Shown piece after piece: positions 50,204 to 63,023 of a stretch of 64,000 nucleotides of DNA (its first letter is position 1; each line of letters starts with the position of its first letter). Source of the DNA: Octopus sinensis (Eukaryota); the NCBI RefSeq assembly GCF_006345805.1, contig NC_043002.1, forward strand, positions 20,770,001 to 20,834,000. The letters run 5' to 3'. The notes below the pieces were generated by a model. The model made no database searches. It saw only the letters and a list, made by a program, of their open reading frames with translations, and was not told the origin of the DNA. A program made the position numbers and the translations under genes.

Positions 50204-50519
50204 CCTCTCTCTCTCTTACACACACACACACTTGTATGTATACATACATATATCAATATTTGCATATCTATCTATCTTGTTTTCTTTTATTTCTTTCAGT
50301 CATTTGACTGCGGCCATGCTGGAGCACCGCCTTTAGTCGAGCAAATCAACCCCCAGCACTTATTATTCCGGTAGCCATCTTGGACTTCATTCATCTCTCC
50401 ATTCTCTCCATTAACTGAGCCCGGCGTGCTAGGTTTCTGTAAGAAGCCGACGAATTTTTAATTCGCATGAAGTCCAATCAAACTATTTTAAATAATATAT
50501 TTAATTGACCGTCTGTGAC

Positions 50520-50765
50520 TAAGTACAATTTACCAGCCGCTCCACAGATACGCGTACCCTTCACGTAGTTCTCAGGGAGATTCAGCGTGACACGTAATGG
50601 GACAAGGATTGTCCTTTGAAATAGAAGTACTGCTCATTTTTTCCAGCTGAATGGATCAACGTGAAACAAGTATCTTGCTCAATGGCACATCACACCGCCC
50701 ACGTATCGAACTCACGACCTTACGATCCTCAGTCAAATAGCCCTAACAGCCGAGCCACACGCTTT
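50520..50765 (-). mobile_element. SINE with tail A but a head different from H1
   Basis: Tail matches 8290-8400; the head reads GCGTGTGGCTCGGCTGTTAGGG...GAGTTCGATAC. A related copy lies at 60480-60830. Confidence 0.65.
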
Positions 50766-51513
50766 CAGGTAGGAATGACATAGCATAAAACAGCATGGGT
50801 TTTCTATTTGTTATACTGAACACTTCATATTGCTGACAGACAAGATATAACGGATTTTGTCCGAGATAATACCTCTCATAGACACAGCACAAATATAGGA
50901 AATTATATCTTGGACGAGAACCGCAGAATCTCAATATATACGATGTCTATACGCTAGGTATGATACCTAAATGCCTATTTTAATTCAATACTTCATTTGT
51001 GTGCAAAAATTAAAACCCCATACATTGAAATACTCTGTAATAAAACATCTTTATTTATGTGTGTGTGTGTATGTATGTGCGTGTGTGTGTGTATGTGCGC
51101 GTGTGTGTGTGTATGTATGTGCGTGTGTGTGTGTGTGTTTATATAATCTTTCAAAAACAACAACAAAAGCAAAAGAGAAAACACCCACGAAACCTTATAT
51201 ATTACCTTTCATCTCCCAGTGAAGTTTTCTATTGCTATTTCGGTCTATACAACACTAACGTATTTTGATTTAAGTCTAAAATATTCCTGAACAGGTACTG
51301 TTTGGAATATTTTAGACATCATTGCTTCACACACTATATATTCCGATATAGTTCTCTCACTCGCCCATATATACCTGTGTAAAGTCTAAAATAATAAAAC
51401 AAAAAGAAGAAAAATGGAGTAGCCGGCGATTTTTCAGTCCAGTCACATTTCGCCCTCCCACCGCAACTGGCAGCACTACTACACCTACGGACACCACCAC
51501 CAACACCACCACG

Positions 51514-51559
<46 letters not shown>

Positions 51560-51822
51560 CTGTTACTAATCCTCATTATGCAAAACAACTGTCTAATGAC
51601 ATACAGTTTGTGATTTCCAGCATACGGCACGAACATTCCCTTTTAAATAGATAAGGACCACCGATGAAGAGCGTAATTGTTTCCTCAATAAATGAAAGGC
51701 AGATATGAGTGTGTGTGCGTATGCGTGCAAATATATATATATGCATGCATGTATGTATGTATGTATGTATGGTATGTATGCACGCATGTATATATATATA
51801 TATATGCATGCATGTGTTGTGC

Positions 51823-51879
<57 letters not shown>

Positions 51880-51989
51880 AGAAAGAGAGAGATTTCAAAA
51901 ATTTTACAAAAACATAACACAAAATTCGTAGCTAATTCCTCATCAGTCAACGTCCAAAAGATCATTACAATTTCGCACGCACACACACG

Positions 51990-52330
51990 CATGGTTAAGC
52001 TTGTTGCAGCTGATCTTTCCTGAGTGTATCTTTCAATGGTTAGCTGGCCCTGTATCATCGTTAGAAGTTTATCTAATGTTGCTCTGAATTTTTCAATAGA
52101 GGGCCTTTTTGTATTTATGATTTCCTTAGGTATGCAGTTGAACAATTGAGGACCTTTAAATATCAGATTAGTACAATAAAGTGTTTTTGCTCTCGATTTC
52201 GATGATGGTATATTTGGAAGCTGACAGTATCTACAAGTTCGTACATTAACGTTCTCTCTGCTGCTAAAATTTCGAACATGTTCCTCCAGGATTTTCCATA
52301 AGTATATCATAGTATATCTCTCTTTTCCCA
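51990..52330 (-). mobile_element. CR1/L2-like LINE ORF2 C-terminal remnant
   Basis: ERYTMIYLWKILEEHV...FKGPQLFNCIPKEI...KFRATLDKLL, inside ORF 51576-52499. Confidence 0.7.
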
Positions 52331-52489
52331 GGTCTGATATGTGCTTCTTAAACAGCCTTATTTTGACGACAGAACCGCTGCTGCTATGCAACATGCGATC
52401 CGCAGGGAGGGACTTAGCATACAGATGATGCACATCAGTCCATCCCCAGGGAAATTTCAGCCTAGAAATTATACCACAGGTAGCATCGT

Positions 52490-52810
52490 GGGTAAACACT
52501 ACCTAATTTCCCCAAGAATAACTATAAAATGTACTCGAAAACCTATGTAGTATATGCGGTAGTCCACAGTAAATATGGAGCATCCTACATAGGGACCACC
52601 ACCAAAAAAACTGCACGTTCACATCAAGGAACACGTTCACATCAAGGAACACGTTCACACAGACACTTTGATAAAAAAAACGCCTATGGAAGTGCGAGAC
52701 CCAGGATTTCATGCTATCCACCAGGGCCACTCAACGCAATAGAGGCAAATCAAAATCATGGAGGCCCATCTTATCAACAAACTGAGACCAGCTGTAAACA
52801 ATAAAAAAGA
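52490..52810 (+). mobile_element. Penelope GIY-YIG remnant with an 18-bp tandem repeat
   Basis: VVYAVVHSKYGASYIGTT; CACGTTCACATCAAGGAA x2.5 at 52614-52659. Confidence 0.7.
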
Positions 52811-53280
52811 GCCACATGAAGCAGGCTGGTTACTAAAGAAACACCGTCCTTCCCCACACATCTGAGCAACGGCCATTTTTTACATTCCTCGCTTGTTTAC
52901 ATATACTGAAGAAGGGGCCATCATCCCAAATTATAGAAATATAAAGTAAAGCACAAACTTAGTTTTGTTTTCTTTTAGTAGTTTACTTTTCATCTTGCAT
53001 TGTTCTGGCCTTACCCAGCAAGGTTCTTTAAATTTAATATCACACAACGCTTCGCCCTAACTACTGCATTTTACTTAGAGTGTGTATATGTTGAAGACCT
53101 TCTAAACATAGACGTATAGTGTTAAAAAACACATAAAGATATCAGCAGCAGGCGAAGGTCACCCAGCATAGGTGATCAAAATTGCTGGATCAGGATTTCT
53201 ATTCGTTAGGCACACCAGCAGTAAATATCCACGTCACCTCATGTCAAGCAAATGCCAACAGCAAGTTGTAGAAGAAACAA

Positions 53281-53392
53281 CGATTAAAAGGCCACTGATG
53301 CTGCATTTAACCGGCTGGCTGAATAAGAATTCGTCGCTAATAATTTTCGTTCAGCCTGCCAGCTAAATGCAACATCACTGACCTTTCAATCA
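53281..53392 (-). ncRNA. Candidate structured RNA / pri-miRNA-like hairpin
   Basis: 43 paired positions: 35 Watson-Crick, 6 G-U on the minus strand and 2 mismatches; 26-nt loop. Confidence 0.4.
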
Positions 53393-53534
53393 GTTGCCAA
53401 CATGATTCGAAAGATCAAACAGCTCTTGGCTGATTGCGTTGTGACTCGTATTTCTTTTTGTTCATCTGTTAGTAGACACGGCACGAATTTAGTAACAATC
53501 TATGATGCAACTTCAATATTACGAAAGTCATTTT

Positions 53535-53740
53535 TAGGCGGTGAATTGGCAGAATCGTAAGCACGCCGGGTAAAATGCTTAGCGTCCTTACGTGCCGAGT
53601 TCAAATTCCGCCGAAGTCGACTTTTCCTTTCATCCTTTCAGAGTCGATAAATTAAGTACCAATCGAGCAGCGGTATCTAATTTATCGACTTAATTCCTAA
53701 CCCGAATTGCTGGCTTTGTGCCAAAATTTGAGACCAATAT
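53535..53740 (+). mobile_element. Meta-like SINE
   Basis: Head and core match the family. Confidence 0.85.
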
Positions 53741-54233
53741 TTTAAAATAATTTAACACGAACCTTTATGTCTACATCTTTTAGAGACTTCAGGAACAATG
53801 CGCTGATAAATTTCCTGGATCACCGCTTACTCTTTCACAAAGTGATTACCGTTCGTGAAAAACCGGCAAGATTTGAGATCAACTTTGATAGATGTCCTTC
53901 CTAATATGAGTCGCTGCTACAAAATGGTGCGACGTTTTGCACAGTTCAAGCGCTCCCATTACCATAGACAATTTTAAAAAGAAGCATCCATTAAAAAATG
54001 TCTTCATTTCAAACAAACATATTGCTCTCCTACGTCCTTCATTGTTTAACTAACAGTTAATCATCAAATCTACAGCTGAGACGTAAATTCTCTCTCACAC
54101 ATTTAGATCAATAATTAATTCAAGTCACTGGCTGTGGCTGTTTTAAGACTCAACGTCAAGGCTACACATGCACAATTGGAAAAGAGACAACGGATATCAT
54201 ACATATACAAATCTATCTTCCTACACACACACA

Positions 54234-54287
<54 letters not shown>

Positions 54288-54480
54288 CACAACCACACAC
54301 ATATATAAAGCAGCATACAAAATGCAATAAAAAAGTGCAGGAATAACTCCCTAATTGTATGTATGTGAGTGTGCGTATGTGCATGCATACACGCACATAC
54401 ATACATGCATACATACATACATATATACATACATACGTACATACATGCATACATACATGTCTATATGTATATATAAATAT

Positions 54481-54519
<39 letters not shown>

Positions 54520-56079
54520 CATACATACATACATGCATACATATATGTACATATATTTTGTTTATATATATTTATATACACACACATATATACATACATA
54601 TATATATATATGTATGTAATAATGTATGCATATATATATATACATATATATACACACACACACACACACACATATATACATGTTTGTATGCTCGTAGGTT
54701 CACACGTTCAAATGCTATTCCAAAATTCAGTGGTTGCTACGATATAGCAAATAACAAGAGCCTAAAAATAACGCCTAAATGTATAAAACATATATTTATC
54801 CTAAAAAAACCCCCAAAACAACAAAAAGAAACCAAAACAAAACCAGCACAAAAAAAAAACAAACAAATAAACAACTATTCGTTTCATTTCCCACAAGGGC
54901 AATGAATTAGGGGGACAACACAAGGACATACAGATAATTGTAATAAAACAAGACAACGAAACGAGAATATATAAGCGTAAAAACACACAACACTAAGTGT
55001 GTGTTAGATAGGCAGATAACATTGTTTAGTGAATGGCCTTCTTAGTTACATAAGAGAATTTGTACAATGACTCAAGTACATAGACACATACACGCACACT
55101 ACACATGCACAAACGTACACACGCATGCACGCGTAACGAGACAGCACAAAGGAAATGCAAATACAGACGAGCAAATACACGCATAGGCAATCGCAGGCAT
55201 AGACGTCTTCTGTTGCTTAAACGTCATGTAGTGTAAGTCACGTGAATGCGAAGAGCCAATGAGATACTCGGTTTTGTGCAATTCTCAGCATAATGGTACA
55301 ATGATCACCGGGAGTGTTACATTATGCAGACGATATAATTATACGTGTATATATGTGTGTGTGTGTGTGTGTGTGTGCTTGCGTGTGTGTGTGTGTGAGT
55401 GTGCGTGTGTGAGTATAAGCATGTTTGTATGTATGTACCTGTGTGTCTATGCATGCCTGTATATATGTATGTGTCCACGAATATTTGGATATATGTATAC
55501 ATGTACATATGTATGTCTATGCATAATTATACGCCTTTGTATGAAGTGTATGTGCATATATATATATATACACACATACGTATATATGAACACACACAAT
55601 TGTGTATATGCATGTAAATATCCACACACCTGCACCTATATGTATATGTATGTGAGTGTGTCTATGCGTGTGTGGAGGGTGCATGTATATATATAAGCAT
55701 CCAATATGCATATATATATATACGCGTATATGTATATGTATAGTGTGTGTGTAGGTATATATATACATATGTGTGTATAAGCGCTAATGTACATACATAT
55801 GCATACATACATATGAGTGTGTATGCATGTATGTATGTTTGTATGTTTGTATATATGTATGAATGTATGAATAAAGATGGAGGGAGATGAGAAATGGACG
55901 ACAAGGTAAAGAAACAGAAACTTTATTGTCGGTGTTACCAAATCAATTAAAATGATGATTCAATACTTCACTGGTGAAAGAGACATTTGTTTATTCTTTA
56001 TTACCTCCGCCATAGCGACCTCCACCTTAGCGAAGGCGGAGGTATTGTTCTCAGTCGTGTTTGTGTGTTTGTGCGTGGA

Positions 56080-56480
56080 CATAATGCTTAGCGGCATTTC
56101 GTCCGTCTTTGCGTTGTGAGTTCAAATTCCGAAGGTACTCAACTTCCCCATTTATCCTGTTGGGATCGATAAAACAAGTATTACTTATTTCTTTACTGCC
56201 CACAAGGGGCTACATAGAGGGGACAAACAAGGACAGACAAACGGATTAAGTCGATTATATCGACTCCAGTGCGTCACTTGTACATAATTTATCGACCCCG
56301 AAAGGATGAAAGGCAAAGTCGACCTCGGCGGAATTTGAACTCAGAACGCGCAGACGGATGAAATGCCGCGAAGCATTTGGCCTGCCGTGCTAACGATTCT
56401 GCCAACAAGTATTACTTGAGCACTGCAATCGATGTCATCGACTAGTCCCCTTACCACCAATTTGCAGGTCTTGAAGAAGT
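56080..56480. mobile_element. Meta-like SINE (+) with a second family member (-) nested inside
   Basis: The inner copy 56187-56403 is flanked by the exact 14-bp TSD AACAAGTATTACTT. Confidence 0.9.
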
Positions 56481-56494
56481 CGCACAGTATCCAT

Positions 56495-56851
56495 TATTTT
56501 GATGTTGTAGATTGAAGATATTGTATTGTCTGTCAAGTCACAACAAGGATCTCCGACAGTTCTTTACGCAATATGCATGCAGTTTCAGATAAAGCCTATT
56601 TTTGCAAAACACCAAAATTGTTGGGTATTCCTAAAGTGCCCAGATGTTTCTTCAGTTTGGGTGGTATTGAACCCAATGCTCCGATGATAACAAGACTAAC
56701 CTTTATGTTTAACTGTCGCAGCTGCAACATCATGGTGATCCCAATTTCCAGGTCGCCATATTTTTCGACATTTTCTCTTTCTTTTATGGTACTGCCACGT
56801 CAATTATTAGGCACTCTTCTTTGTCCCTCCTAAAGGTTACTATATCCGGCC
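56495..56851 (-). mobile_element. R4/Dong-like non-LTR retrotransposon 3' fragment (restriction-like endonuclease)
   Basis: PDIVTFRRDKEECLIIDVAVP* / EKYGDLEI...VIIGALGSIPPKLKKHL...LQK*ALSETACILRK; the 5' end abuts a TAA array. Confidence 0.8.
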
Positions 56852-56911
<60 letters not shown>

Positions 56912-56918
<7 letters not shown>

Positions 56919-58023
56919 TGAGTAAGAGAGCAGTGCATGCCATCAAAGTGACACTGGGGTAAAATATACAAAGTCCAGTATACCCATCATGACTACCCGT
57001 CTGATAAGGGTACACCAGGCATATGCATCACAACCATAAGTGCATGACATGGTGATCTTATATCAAGATAAACATCGCATGACCTTGAAGGTGGGACCCA
57101 GTTAGAATTTTCTTCAAGTTAAGTGAGTAGACCATCCCACTCAAAAGGTCCTTGAATAAGGTTTATTTAAGGATGATGAACAAAACACCATGTTTCCAAA
57201 GGTGAATTATTCAAACCCCAAAGATTTCCTTTCAACACCTGGCTATGATGCTCTCCCACTACTCTCGCTCGTGATCAGAAATGCACATATCATTAGCCAC
57301 CAAGGGGCGATGCTTAACTGGTTAAAGGCAAGCAACTGACAAGCAAATCTGTGGTTATTCGGCAGAATATTTGTTGTAGCACATATTTTATACTGAGATA
57401 AAAAACACAGTGTACATCTTTTGTACCAAGACAACAACAATTATTATTATTATTATTGCTATTATTTTATTATATTATTATTATATTATTATTATTACTA
57501 TCATTATTGAGGTAAGAGAGCAGTGCATGCCATCAAAGTGACACTGGGGTAAAATATACAAAGTCCAGTATACCCATCATGACTACCCGTCTGATAAGGG
57601 TACACCAGGCATATGCATCACAACCATAAGTGCATGACATGGTGATCTTATATCAAGATAAACATCGCATGACCTTGAAGGTGGGACCCAGTTAGAATTT
57701 TCTTCAAGTTGAGTAGACCATCCCACTCAAAAGGTCCTTGAATAAGGTTTATTTAAGGATGATGAACAAAACACCCATGTTTCCAAAGGTGAATTATTCA
57801 AACCCCAAAGATTTCCTTTCAACACATGGCTATGATGCTCTCCCACTACTTCTGCTCGTGATCAGAAATGCACATATCATTAGCCACCAAGGGGCATGCT
57901 TAACTGGTTAAAGGCAAGCAACTGACAAGCAAATCTGTGGTATTCGGCAGAATATTTGTTGTAGCACATATTTTATACTGAGATAAAAAAAACAGTGTAC
58001 ATCTTTTGTACCAAGACAAAACA
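56912..58023. repeat. Tandem duplication of a ~530-bp non-coding element separated by (TTA)n arrays
   Basis: Copies 56912-57438 and 57500-58023 are nearly identical and share the same end. Confidence 0.93.
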
Positions 58024-58043
58024 ATTATTATTATTATTATTGC

Positions 58044-58095
<52 letters not shown>

Positions 58096-59134
58096 GTTGT
58101 TGTTGTTGTTGTTGTTGTTATTAAAACTCCAAAGATGAAACCGCATAGCCTAGTGGTTAGTAGGGGTGTTACACTTTTTAGATCGTGACTTCAGTTCGTA
58201 GACCGGGCGGTACGTTGTGTTCTTAAACAAAACACTTCATCTCGTGTTGCTCTGCGATCACTTCCACCGGTTCAGACAACGTTGATTTGATGGAGTGAAT
58301 GAGCTTTAGCGAAGTTTTTGCTATATGAATATAAAGTTCTGAGGTCACCATTTTTGTAGGTTTATTGCTATAACACGATGGAGCGTTCACAGTCTCGTTG
58401 ACGATGTCGGCGGTGGCAACTTGTCTATTCACTGTGTCTGTGTGTTCGTTCAATAGTGATTGTATAGAGACAGACGGACGGAACTCAACGGTGGTTGGTT
58501 GCAAAGATACATGGACAGGCTCAACTTTAAGATTGTAAAGTTTATTCGCAGCAGCGTAGGTTAAATACAATGTTAATGTTTTTTAGAGATGTCTGTAGTG
58601 TGGTAGCAGTGAATGAATGTGTGAAGACATTAGTTGTGCTTTGTGTGTATAGAAAGATACTTAATAGAAGTGTTTCTAGTTAGCATGAGATAACGGCATT
58701 GAGTTTGGTCTATACTGCCGGCGCACGTGGAAGAAGGATGTCCTTGCGTGAGAGGGACCAGCATTAATGCGATAGAGCGAAACTGCATGTCGGGTGTCCT
58801 TTAAAGAAGCGAGACAAGGAACTCGAGTAACTCAATTAAACATGGTGGCGGCTACATTATATAATTGACAATCGGAAGTAGCTGAGAGCGCCTGTCACAG
58901 GGTGTCTATTTATTCAATCAATCACAGATCGAATAGAGCTGCAAACCCACAGAGTCGTTTGAACCTACCTTTAGATTAAAAATGTGTGTTTTAAACATCT
59001 GCTAGTACAGACATGGTACAGAGCTAATGTGTGGCACGACTATTTAATCACAATAACCATATCATTTGTGCAGGTCATTCAGCAAAAGCTGAACGCTCAT
59101 ATGTCGCTTTAGAGGGAGAGAGCATATTATTATT

Positions 59135-59188
<54 letters not shown>

Positions 59189-59351
59189 TTGTTATGACAC
59201 CTGTATTCACACACACACACACATGACTATATAAGGCCGCTTGCTTGAGCGATTACCTTGATATGCTGTATCTTTACTTCTCCCACTCCCCCTCTTGAAA
59301 TTTCGGAGTTTCTTTCTCTGCTTTAACATCATTTTCCTTCCTGTTTTCAAG

Positions 59352-59519
59352 ATTTATCTATCTCACCCCAACAGTCTTCGCCTGTAAAACTCGCGATACA
59401 CAAACCAAGTTCTCTAAGTATTAAGATAACATACATACCAGCAACATTGACAGGAAGAACAACCTTTCCTAGACATGAGAAAGATATACAACATCTCGCC
59501 AAGAAGGCTACGCCTTTGC
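59352..59519 (+). other. Candidate internal exon (168 nt, phase 1-1)
   Basis: cattttccttcctgttttcaAG acceptor and GTAAGA donor; open frame ...QQSSPVKLAIHKPSSLSIKITYIPATLTGRTTFPRHEKDIQHLAKKATPL. Confidence 0.3.
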
Positions 59520-59944
59520 GTAAGAGGAGATTGCTTCAAAATTCTTCATCAAGAAGGGAGATAAGGAAATTTCTAAGCCTCCAAGTTGTGATACAAAATG
59601 AATGATAATTGTGCTAGCGTAGTAAATATTACCCACAACACCTTCAGCGGTCCAAACATATTTGCATCGTATTATCTTGTTATGAGACAAAATATTATGG
59701 TTAAGACTATTTACAGTGCTATCCGTCAGATGAATTGTTCCGATGACCATACCAAAGGGCACAAGAATAAAAATGTATCCACATCCTTAAAAACAAAAAT
59801 AGTATTAGAGTATTTCGATAAAAACAGCAACCTAGTTTAAACATAATAAATCTTATGTTCTATAAGACAGGAAATATTAGTCTTGCACGATTGCAGAGGC
59901 CAGCTCTCCGTTGAATGCGGATAAAAACGATACGATACACGTCG

Positions 59945-60243
59945 CCCTTTTCAAACCTAGCAAGGCTCATGGGCCCGGTTTCCCGGTTTCTGTGGCGTAT
60001 GTGTTCCCCCCTGCTGGACGGGACGCCAGTCCATCGCAGCGTTACTCATGAAACAGGAAGAGAGAGTAAGAGAAAGTTGTGGCGAAAGAGTACAACAGGG
60101 GTCACCACCACCCCCTGCCGGAGCCTCGTGGGGTTTTTAAGTGTTTTCGCTCAATAAACACACACAACACCCGGTCTGGGAATCGAAACCGCGATCCTCC
60201 GACCGCGAGTCAACTGCCTTAACCACTGGGCCATTGCACCTCC
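59945..60243 (-). mobile_element. tRNA-derived SINE, head H1 with tail B
   Basis: Reverse complement of the 16786-17090 type. Confidence 0.88.
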
Positions 60244-60841
60244 TGAATGCGAATAACTCATCCGATATAAGAGGAAAGGAGAATTAATGAAAAGCTTGCA
60301 GTCCTTTGGGTAATGTAACAATAGGTTAGCATAAAAGCCTAGAAATACTGGATTCTCCCAGAAATATAAAAGTGAAATGATTTGCATCCTCTAAATATAA
60401 CCAAGTAGGGGTACATTGAAAATTCGTCAAACATTCTAGAGGTTCTCTATTTGAAGTTCCTGAGTCGAACGTATATCTGCAATCAGGTGTGCAGATGACA
60501 AGCCCGCATGCACAAACAACGAGGATTTCAATTGATCTGGCCAGCGAAGCAACCCGCTCGTGAAATTAACGTGCAAGTGGCTGAGAACTCCACTGACTTG
60601 AGAACCTCGACGTAGTTGTCAGGGAGGGAGATTCGGCATCACACGCAATGTGACAAGTCTGACCCTTTGTTATGCAGGTATTACTAATTTTTTTTTTCCA
60701 GCTGTGTGGACTGGAGCAACGGGAAATAAAGTGTCTTGCTCAAGGACACAACACGTCACCGGGAACCGAACTCACGGCATTACGATCTTGAGCCGAATAC
60801 CATAACCACTCAACCACGCGCCTTCGCACAGAAATTAATGA

Positions 60842-60903
<62 letters not shown>

Positions 60904-61334
60904 CACACTCACACTCACACGTGTGTGAAAGCGCTATGCACTCTTATTGCATTATCCACATTTGCGGCTACATATAAGCACGCACAATCTCATTTACATA
61001 TTCACAAATCCCAGAAACTGCCTTGATTTAAACAAAATACTATGTATATATACATAGGTGTGTGTGTGTGTGTAGGTGGGTGCGTGTATGCATTTAAGTG
61101 TGCGCGCGTGGTGTGTGTACGTGTTAGGATTTGTAGCGATGCCGTGCATATAGACACAAAACTAGGACATACCATTTGTACACAATCATAAACACACACA
61201 TTTACATACCAGTACGCAAATGGTAATTATTTCATTTGCTTGTCAAATATATTATAGGAAAGCGTATATAACTGAATGAGATTTGCTCAATAAAAATGAC
61301 AACTCAACAATATACTTACACATTATACATACAT

Positions 61335-61500
61335 ACAGGCGTAGGAGTGGGTGTGTCGTACGTAGCTTGCTTACCAACCACATGGTTCCGGGCTCAGTCC
61401 CGTTGCGAGGCACCTTGGGCAAGTGTCTTCTACTATAGCCTCGGGCCGACGAAAGCATTGTGAGTGGATTTGGTAGACAGAAACTGAAAGAAGCTCGTCG
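61335..61500 (+). mobile_element. CORE-like SINE head
   Basis: GGCACCTTGGGCAAGTGTCTTCTACTATAGCC. Confidence 0.85.
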
Positions 61501-62373
61501 TATATATATATATATATATATAATATATATATATATTTATATCACCGTGATCACCGTGACCGACCAGACTATCAGATGTTGCTACACATCGCTGGTCACA
61601 ATGCGCTTCGCATTGTTTTAGCCTTCAAATGACGCCACCCCGCTGTATGTATGAGTGTGTGTATATGTTTGTGTGTCTATATTTGTTTCCAGCATCTATT
61701 AGTGGAACAGTAAAAATATGCAAGACTTTTCCCAAGTTTGAAATATGACATTGTTTTCTGCGACGTTGGAACTTCGTATCTTTGTTAGAAACCAGCTCTC
61801 ATTCCTTAGACGAAGAATTTTAATAATCAAAAACAGAGGAGAACGCGCACACACACACACATACACACACACACACATACACACACACAACACACACACA
61901 CACACACACACAACACACAAACACACAAATGTTTTTTTTTGACATATCTCTCAGTATATATTTAGATTGTTGAAAGGCAGTGTGCTCAATATATTTATCT
62001 TCGCCCTGATGTTCCATGTCACATCCATGACATTTGCAATAAGCAGAGGATTAGGGCATAACATTTTCGCTCGTACTCTGTTCAGTACCTTTCTCTGTAT
62101 GTCGTGTTTTCTATTTCAGCTTGTCATTGAAACTGCTCTTTACTAAGTATGGCTCTGCACGGATATTTCATTAACAGATGATAGATTGGGTATTATGTCT
62201 GCAGTTTGCTGGGTGGTGCTTTGTCCTTGTTTATTTTTATTGTATTTGTTTTTCGACTCGTTTTTCGGTGCCAGCTGTGTGTGTCACTGTTTAAATTGAG
62301 TGTTATCTATAGAAAATATATCATTTCCTAAATAAAAAAAAATATTTATAATTGAGACATGTGGCATTGAGCG

Positions 62374-62442
<69 letters not shown>

Positions 62443-62597
62443 TTACGAGTGTGTGGACAAACGAAAGAAAGAGCACGCAAAAAATTTATTGGGAGTGGCG
62501 TGTATTGTTCAAAACAGTTGATGGGCTTCCACATAGTTTCGTCAACAAAATTCACTCACAAACCATTGGTTTGACCAGAGGCTATAGTAGAAGACAT

Positions 62598-63023
62598 GGA
62601 TCTTTTCGGTTTGAACGGCAGTTTTTTCTAGCGGTGTCATATGAAATTGTCACCCATAATTATGACCCTAGTATCGATCTATTGCATTTCAGTCTGTTTT
62701 AGGGTTAGGGTTAGGGTTAGGGGTGGGGGGTAGGGTATCTTTTTTTCTTCAGAAATGTAAATAAACCCAATCTGTTTCTTAAACGAGGGACATATTCATA
62801 CGGCACAGAATGTTTTCACCTCAATGGATGTCATTGATTGGTTGAAATTGCAGAAATTGAAGAAAAAAAACAACAACAAATATCTTACAAACTATAGAAT
62901 GTTCTCAATAAAGCCAAGAGAAAAAGATGTTTTATAAACACATTCTACCAGTATACGAAGTTTAAAAGTGTTTAGTTACGTGGAAATTATTTTAAAAAAC
63001 TGCCGTTCAAACCGAAAAGATCC
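62598..63023. mobile_element. TTAGGG-bearing MITE inserted into a CORE-like SINE, 8-bp TSD GAAGACAT
   Basis: TIRs as at 22412; TSD at 62590-62597 and 63024-63031; the SINE sequence resumes after the insertion. Confidence 0.95.

Noticed and set aside
51576-52499. 307-aa ORF as a host gene
   Set aside because: The middle is a LINE ORF2 C-terminus and the remainder is microsatellite read-through.
52900-52950. Hammerhead after the Penelope remnant (also near 9950 and 10030)
   Set aside because: CTGAAGA or a variant is present, but GAAA and the stems are too degraded to call.
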